A stretch of 64,000 nt of DNA from a virus, in IMG/VR virus record IMGVR_UViG_3300035182_000466, positions 96,001-160,000 of that record; one strand, 5' to 3'. Both the position numbers and the translations under genes were made by a program. The stretch's first letter is position 1; the number at the start of each line of letters is the position of its first letter. The notes below the pieces were generated by a model that was not told where the DNA came from, made no database searches, and was given only the letters and a program-made list of their open reading frames with translations. Of the stretch, positions 59,692-64,000 are shown in pieces.

Positions 59692-59829
59692 ATCTTGTTC
59701 CTTTAAGTAATATAAAGAGTATCTACTGCTTTAGCTTCTTCAGGATGCTCAGAAATAATGTTAGATGTTTAACCATTACATAGATATGCCTATCTATTTT
59801 TGATCTAAATGAAATAAATTCAAATATAT

Positions 59830-60477
59830 CTATGCATCCAGTAGCTTAACTTCATCAGTATTCTCAGAAATTAAATAAAATGGTCTACGTGTTCCTGTAG
59901 TTAAGTATTCCGCAGCTTTAAGAGCCATCAGTATCTTGTCTTCTGCATAAAGCTTTACTCTTCTAGGTTTCTCATCAAATTCGTAAGAGTATAAAACTCC
60001 TCTTGCTACGTCATCACCAGATCCAATAGCATGACCCCAATTTTCACAGTCAATAACAGAAAGATTACAGCATATCTCGTAAATCTGTCCATTATAGCCT
60101 ATGATAATATCTGCATCCATTTCAGGTTCTTCATTCTCATGTTTTAATAAGTTATATCGAGATAAAGTCTTTTGTAGGAAAGGAACGAAGGTACAACGGA
60201 GATAACTAGAAAATTGTGTATTAATATCTAAAGCAACTGTAGCAGTAGTAGGCTTAAATGATAAGAAATTAGGTAAAGTATTCTCAATCTCCTGTGCATA
60301 AGATTCATAAAAAAGTGTATCAGCTACTCGTCCTGAACCTGTTACTCCAATTACCATTTGGCTAAGTTTAGCAATCTTTGCGTTGTTTCCGGTAATTCGT
60401 GTACTTCTATTTTGATATAATGAATCTGCACCCATTGATACTATTTCATTTTCTACAACAGCTACAATTGTTGACAT
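59830..60477 (-). CDS. HslV/proteasome-beta-like Ntn peptidase
   Basis: MSTIVAV..MGADS, KI, GVTGS, AIGSG..A.G, AL.AA. Confidence 0.8.
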   Translation of the reverse strand: MSTIVAVVENEIVSMGADSLYQNRSTRITGNNAKIAKLSQMVIGVTGSGRVADTLFYESYAQEIENTLPNFLSFKPTTATVALDINTQFSSYLRCTFVPFLQKTLSRYNLLKHENEEPEMDADIIIGYNGQIYEICCNLSVIDCENWGHAIGSGDDVARGVLYSYEFDEKPRRVKLYAEDKILMALKAAEYLTTGTRRPFYLISENTDEVKLLDA

Positions 60478-60941
60478 ATATTACTCCTATATTTATAAAT
60501 ATAGTATCTCTTTTATTAACTATTAGTAATATGGATATAGGCAGTTTATTAGATAGGTTAGAATGTATTGATTAGGATAATACATTACTATTGGTTGTAG
60601 GTAGTAAGCTTATTCCTATGGTATTTATATCCATATTTATTGCAATCTGAGTTTTTGATATGTGAAACTTCTGATAAATATATTCAATAATACATTCTGG
60701 ACTCATAGTATGTTCTTTATATAAAAGATATATGTGTTTTACAGATAAAGCATAATCTTTCTGTGTAAATAAGTCCATTTAAATCATATATAGTATTGTG
60801 TTCACATACTTTAGTTTTTTCTATATGCTTTATCTACATCTTCAACTTCTTGTTCTGTAGCAGGTCTTACTTTAGACACTAGTACATAAGGACCCTAATA
60901 TTCTTTATCATATTCTACGAATGGAGCAGGCATGTTTCCTC

Positions 60942-61208
60942 TTATAACCAATGTTCTATATCTTTACGAAGAATAGTTGCACGTTCTACCTGCATTGCAT
61001 TACCTGAAGTAAAATACTTTCTCACAATAGCTGCAAGTTGTCTATCACGTTCAATAGGATCAACTACTTCAAGATATGTTGTTCCATCATAGATATAGAT
61101 AGTAGTTCCGTAACGATTAACTACTTTAGCGTAGTCACCTCTACTTGCAGGTATCTTACAAAGTTCTTCATAAGAACTAGCTACTTTATCAGTATGAGTG
61201 TTTAGCAT
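60942..61208 (-). CDS. hypothetical protein
   Basis: RBS aaggag. Confidence 0.5.
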   Translation of the reverse strand: MLNTHTDKVASSYEELCKIPASRGDYAKVVNRYGTTIYIYDGTTYLEVVDPIERDRQLAAIVRKYFTSGNAMQVERATILRKDIEHWL

Positions 61209-61331
61209 TTTACTAGCTCCTTAAAAGCTACTACAAATTCATCCTCATGAAGATGAATAGGTTGATTTTTATTTGATAGATAGTTACCAGGAGCATCCAT
61301 CTATGCTTGCCCATATCCTTCTGGACATTTA

Positions 61332-61667
61332 TTATTCGGTTTCTGATTCATTAGATTTAAGCCTCTCTTTCCAAGTGTTAATATATTGTTGACAAATAAG
61401 ACATGTTACTTTATCAATATCGTAAGTTATTCTATTTCTATCACCTACAGGTGTTTTACATATAGCTCTACCATTATCTGCTTCTAAATGTATTTTTAGC
61501 TCATTTAAAATAAGTATATTACAGCCATTTTTATCACATACTCTTTTCATAGAGTCAATTGCACTATATACATGTCCTGCAACTAAACCATTTGCTAGAA
61601 GCCTTATAACACGCAAGCGATCTTTATGTGGAATAATTTTTACTAGTTCTTCATAATTATTAGACAT
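61332..61667 (-). CDS. hypothetical protein
   Basis: RBS gagg; H..C..VTC..C. Confidence 0.5.
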   Translation of the reverse strand: MSNNYEELVKIIPHKDRLRVIRLLANGLVAGHVYSAIDSMKRVCDKNGCNILILNELKIHLEADNGRAICKTPVGDRNRITYDIDKVTCLICQQYINTWKERLKSNESETE

Positions 61668-61737
61668 AATGTTAAACCTCGTTACTACATATTTTTAAAT
61701 ATTTTTATATTGTATATTTACAGTATTAAAAATAAAA

Positions 61738-61763
61738 AAGTAGCATAGATATCTATGCTACTT
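61738..61763 (-). terminator. intrinsic terminator
   Basis: perfect palindrome aagtagcatagatatctatgctactt followed by T-run on - strand. Confidence 0.8.
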
Positions 61764-61768
61764 CTAGT

Positions 61769-62053
61769 TTAAACTTTTACTATTGTTCTAGCCCTGTGTA
61801 TTTCTTGTTTACGCCTAACTCGTATGTATTCCTCACTAGGAACTGTAGTTGCATTAGTTATGTCTATAAAACCATTATTATAAAAATATGTTAGTTTTGT
61901 ATATTCTTTCTTATTATTATGATCATCAAAAAATTTAATTTCAGCTAAGTCTCCATACTTAAATTCTTTGATCTTTAAATTTTCCAACTCCCTTAGTTTA
62001 AGTAAGGCCAAGTCCTTTGTATCTTCTACTATTTTAAAGACCTTAACTTTCAT
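61769..62053 (-). CDS. hypothetical protein
   Basis: RBS aggag. Confidence 0.5.
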   Translation of the reverse strand: MKVKVFKIVEDTKDLALLKLRELENLKIKEFKYGDLAEIKFFDDHNNKKEYTKLTYFYNNGFIDITNATTVPSEEYIRVRRKQEIHRARTIVKV

Positions 62054-62069
62054 ATATCACTCCTAATTC

Positions 62070-62768
62070 TTATATAGAAGAAGAATCATATTCAAAATAT
62101 GGAGTACAATCTTTATAATACTTTTTACAACGAGCACTAAATCTTTTAAGATCATCTTTTAGATCCGGAGGAAGTTCATTGAAAAATTTTTCTTTGATAA
62201 CTGACTTATCTTCACCTGAATTTAAAAGATCTAAAATATTTTTAATTCGTCCCATAGCAAGTTGCCTACCTTGTAACTTAGAAAAATGATCTTGAGTATC
62301 ACACTTTGACCATCCGATTAGATAGCTGTTTGAAGGAACATGCAAAACAGATACAAACATAGCAACAGGATTGCCTTTAGTTTCTTTTAATGTAATAGTC
62401 TTTCTTTTTGTTTTTTCATCTACAACTACAGATGAAATAAATACTGGTTTACGTGCATAATCTACAAGATAATTTTTAACTAGTTCTTTCATTCTCTCAT
62501 CTCCTTGTTGTTTTTTGTTTACTAGATCATCTACGAATGAAACTATGTCTTCTACCCTATTCCAGCTGTCTATTACTTCTTCTGAAATTCCTGAATCATC
62601 ATACTCTCCTTCATGGTCATAATTATCTAAAATGTCTAGTATAATGTCTTGTATCTCTTCTTCATAGATGCCTATAAAATTAAGTTTATCTGATAACTTT
62701 ATATCTTCTACATCTACATATGAGTATACAGAAATTAAATCTATTACATCATCTTCTACATTCATCAT
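62070..62768 (-). CDS. acyl-carrier-protein-like acidic domain in frame with a phage domain
   Basis: ACP-like pattern in first ~85 aa; second half has GWSKC...DHFSK..GR..A..R; internal RBS and ATG at 62492. Confidence 0.5.
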   Translation of the reverse strand: MMNVEDDVIDLISVYSYVDVEDIKLSDKLNFIGIYEEEIQDIILDILDNYDHEGEYDDSGISEEVIDSWNRVEDIVSFVDDLVNKKQQGDERMKELVKNYLVDYARKPVFISSVVVDEKTKRKTITLKETKGNPVAMFVSVLHVPSNSYLIGWSKCDTQDHFSKLQGRQLAMGRIKNILDLLNSGEDKSVIKEKFFNELPPDLKDDLKRFSARCKKYYKDCTPYFEYDSSSI

Positions 62769-63463
62769 GATATTACCTCCTCCTTTTCCTCATCCTTTTT
62801 CTTTCTTAAAATTGCATATCTTTCTTTTTCTACTTCGTCTTCAATTAAGTTATAAAAATATACAGTTCTGTCTAACTCATAGTTACAGGCATCTTCACTT
62901 GAAATTTCTGACCAAATTTGTCTTTCTATATTTTTATCTACATTATTTTTAGAACATAAATCATAGTTTGTCTTTATTTCAAAAAGTTCTGAAACATCTA
63001 TTGCGTAAATAACTTGTCTCATAGAGTGATTAGGAACTTTGATTGAGCCTTTTACTATTTGTATTTCAGAAGGTAGTATATTTACTAAAGGCTTTATAAT
63101 AGTTTTAAGCCTGTTTAGTCTTGTAGTATATGCTCGTATCTTTCGATAAGGCATTTCTAAAAACATTTGGTCAGAACCTTTATCATTTTTTACTGATAAA
63201 ACTTTTTCTGTTACATAATTGTTTACGGTTTTACCATATTGTCCATCAAAACCTCCAGCTTGAACATACTCTTTAAAGAAGCATGGGAATTTTCTTTGTC
63301 TAGGTTCAAAAACATATACACATAAACCATTTATAACATGGTCACAGCCTTCGCAATTTTCATGTAATTGTCTTTTAGGAGGACGCTTTAAATCTGCACA
63401 ATAATAAGTAGAGCTGTTTACTTCATTTTTTGGTATTGTTGCAAAAATTGGATCTTTAGGCAT
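62765..63463 (-). CDS. hypothetical protein
   Basis: 232 aa, N-terminal Cys cluster, RBS aaggag. Confidence 0.55.
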   Translation of the reverse strand: MPKDPIFATIPKNEVNSSTYYCADLKRPPKRQLHENCEGCDHVINGLCVYVFEPRQRKFPCFFKEYVQAGGFDGQYGKTVNNYVTEKVLSVKNDKGSDQMFLEMPYRKIRAYTTRLNRLKTIIKPLVNILPSEIQIVKGSIKVPNHSMRQVIYAIDVSELFEIKTNYDLCSKNNVDKNIERQIWSEISSEDACNYELDRTVYFYNLIEDEVEKERYAILRKKKDEEKEEVIS

Positions 63464-63478
63464 AAATTACTCCTTAAA

Positions 63479-63754
63479 TTAGTGCTTTAATTCTTTTCGT
63501 TTTATTGTCCATTTATAAATACCTAAGATATTTATCACCATAAAAATAACGTTAGTTAAAACAAAACTAATATCCTTTGTTATAAATCCATATATAAAAA
63601 ATATTATTGTGGCTATACCAGACAATGGATAGGCTATTTTTAATTGCCCTTTTAAGTTATAAATAGCTGCAGATAAGATACATCCATTTGCTAATAACGA
63701 AATAAAATTTTCTGGTTTACTAAATTCAAACCATTTTTCTAATAACATATACAC
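63479..63754 (-). CDS. small membrane protein (PnuC/PQ-loop-like)
   Basis: three TM segments ending N..F..IN.LG.YKW. Confidence 0.5.
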   Translation of the reverse strand: MYMLLEKWFEFSKPENFISLLANGCILSAAIYNLKGQLKIAYPLSGIATIIFFIYGFITKDISFVLTNVIFMVINILGIYKWTIKRKELKH

Positions 63755-64000
63755 CTCTTATTTAGAAGGTTTTAAAGCCTTCTTTATCTTAGCTTCCAGG
63801 TTATATATTTCTTTTCCTGAGAGTTTTATATGTATAGTATCTTTATAGTTAAGTCTTTCGTTATGTATAAATATTTTTAAACAATTATCATCATTACTAA
63901 TTTCCATGTCTATAAAAGAATGATTCGGATGAGGTGAAGTCTCTTTACTATATACTTCTTGTGAGGATGAAGGAAAATAACTTGGAGGTGAATAAAATAA

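Noticed and set aside
1-64000. Stop-codon reassignment (TAG/TGA recoding seen in some large phages)
   Set aside because: Long genes are intact in code 11, and TAA, TAG and TGA all end well-supported genes.

Overview
An AT-rich segment of a large contractile-tailed (myovirus-type, probably jumbo) bacteriophage. The standard genetic code gives long intact ORFs. The + strand block (1-34.2 kb) is a late/structural region. It holds tail fibres with lectin payload proteins, a gp5/VgrG-like spike, gp25-, gp6- and gp7-like baseplate proteins, a repeat-rich tail fibre, a large Ig-repeat protein, a CHAP endolysin, an NAD-dependent ligase and possible internal head proteins. The convergent - strand block (34.2-64 kb) holds spanins, nucleotide-metabolism genes (ThyX, Tmk, intein-containing class II RNR, deaminase, PRTase), repair or counter-defence candidates (LigD phosphoesterase, macrodomain, SLOG) and many small accessory ORFs, some decayed. 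The standout feature is a tail fibre ending in a RiPP-core-like Cys-Xaa repeat (CGCTCTCTCQCTAPCNCC). It is followed, in the same tightly packed gene run, by a 245-aa unknown, three radical SAM/SPASM enzymes and a MiaB/RimO-like methylthiotransferase. This is a candidate phage-encoded system for post-translationally modifying a virion protein. The host is probably an anaerobic Gram-negative bacterium (inference). No tRNA, rRNA or CRISPR array was recognised. All family calls come from motif recognition by eye, not database searches.
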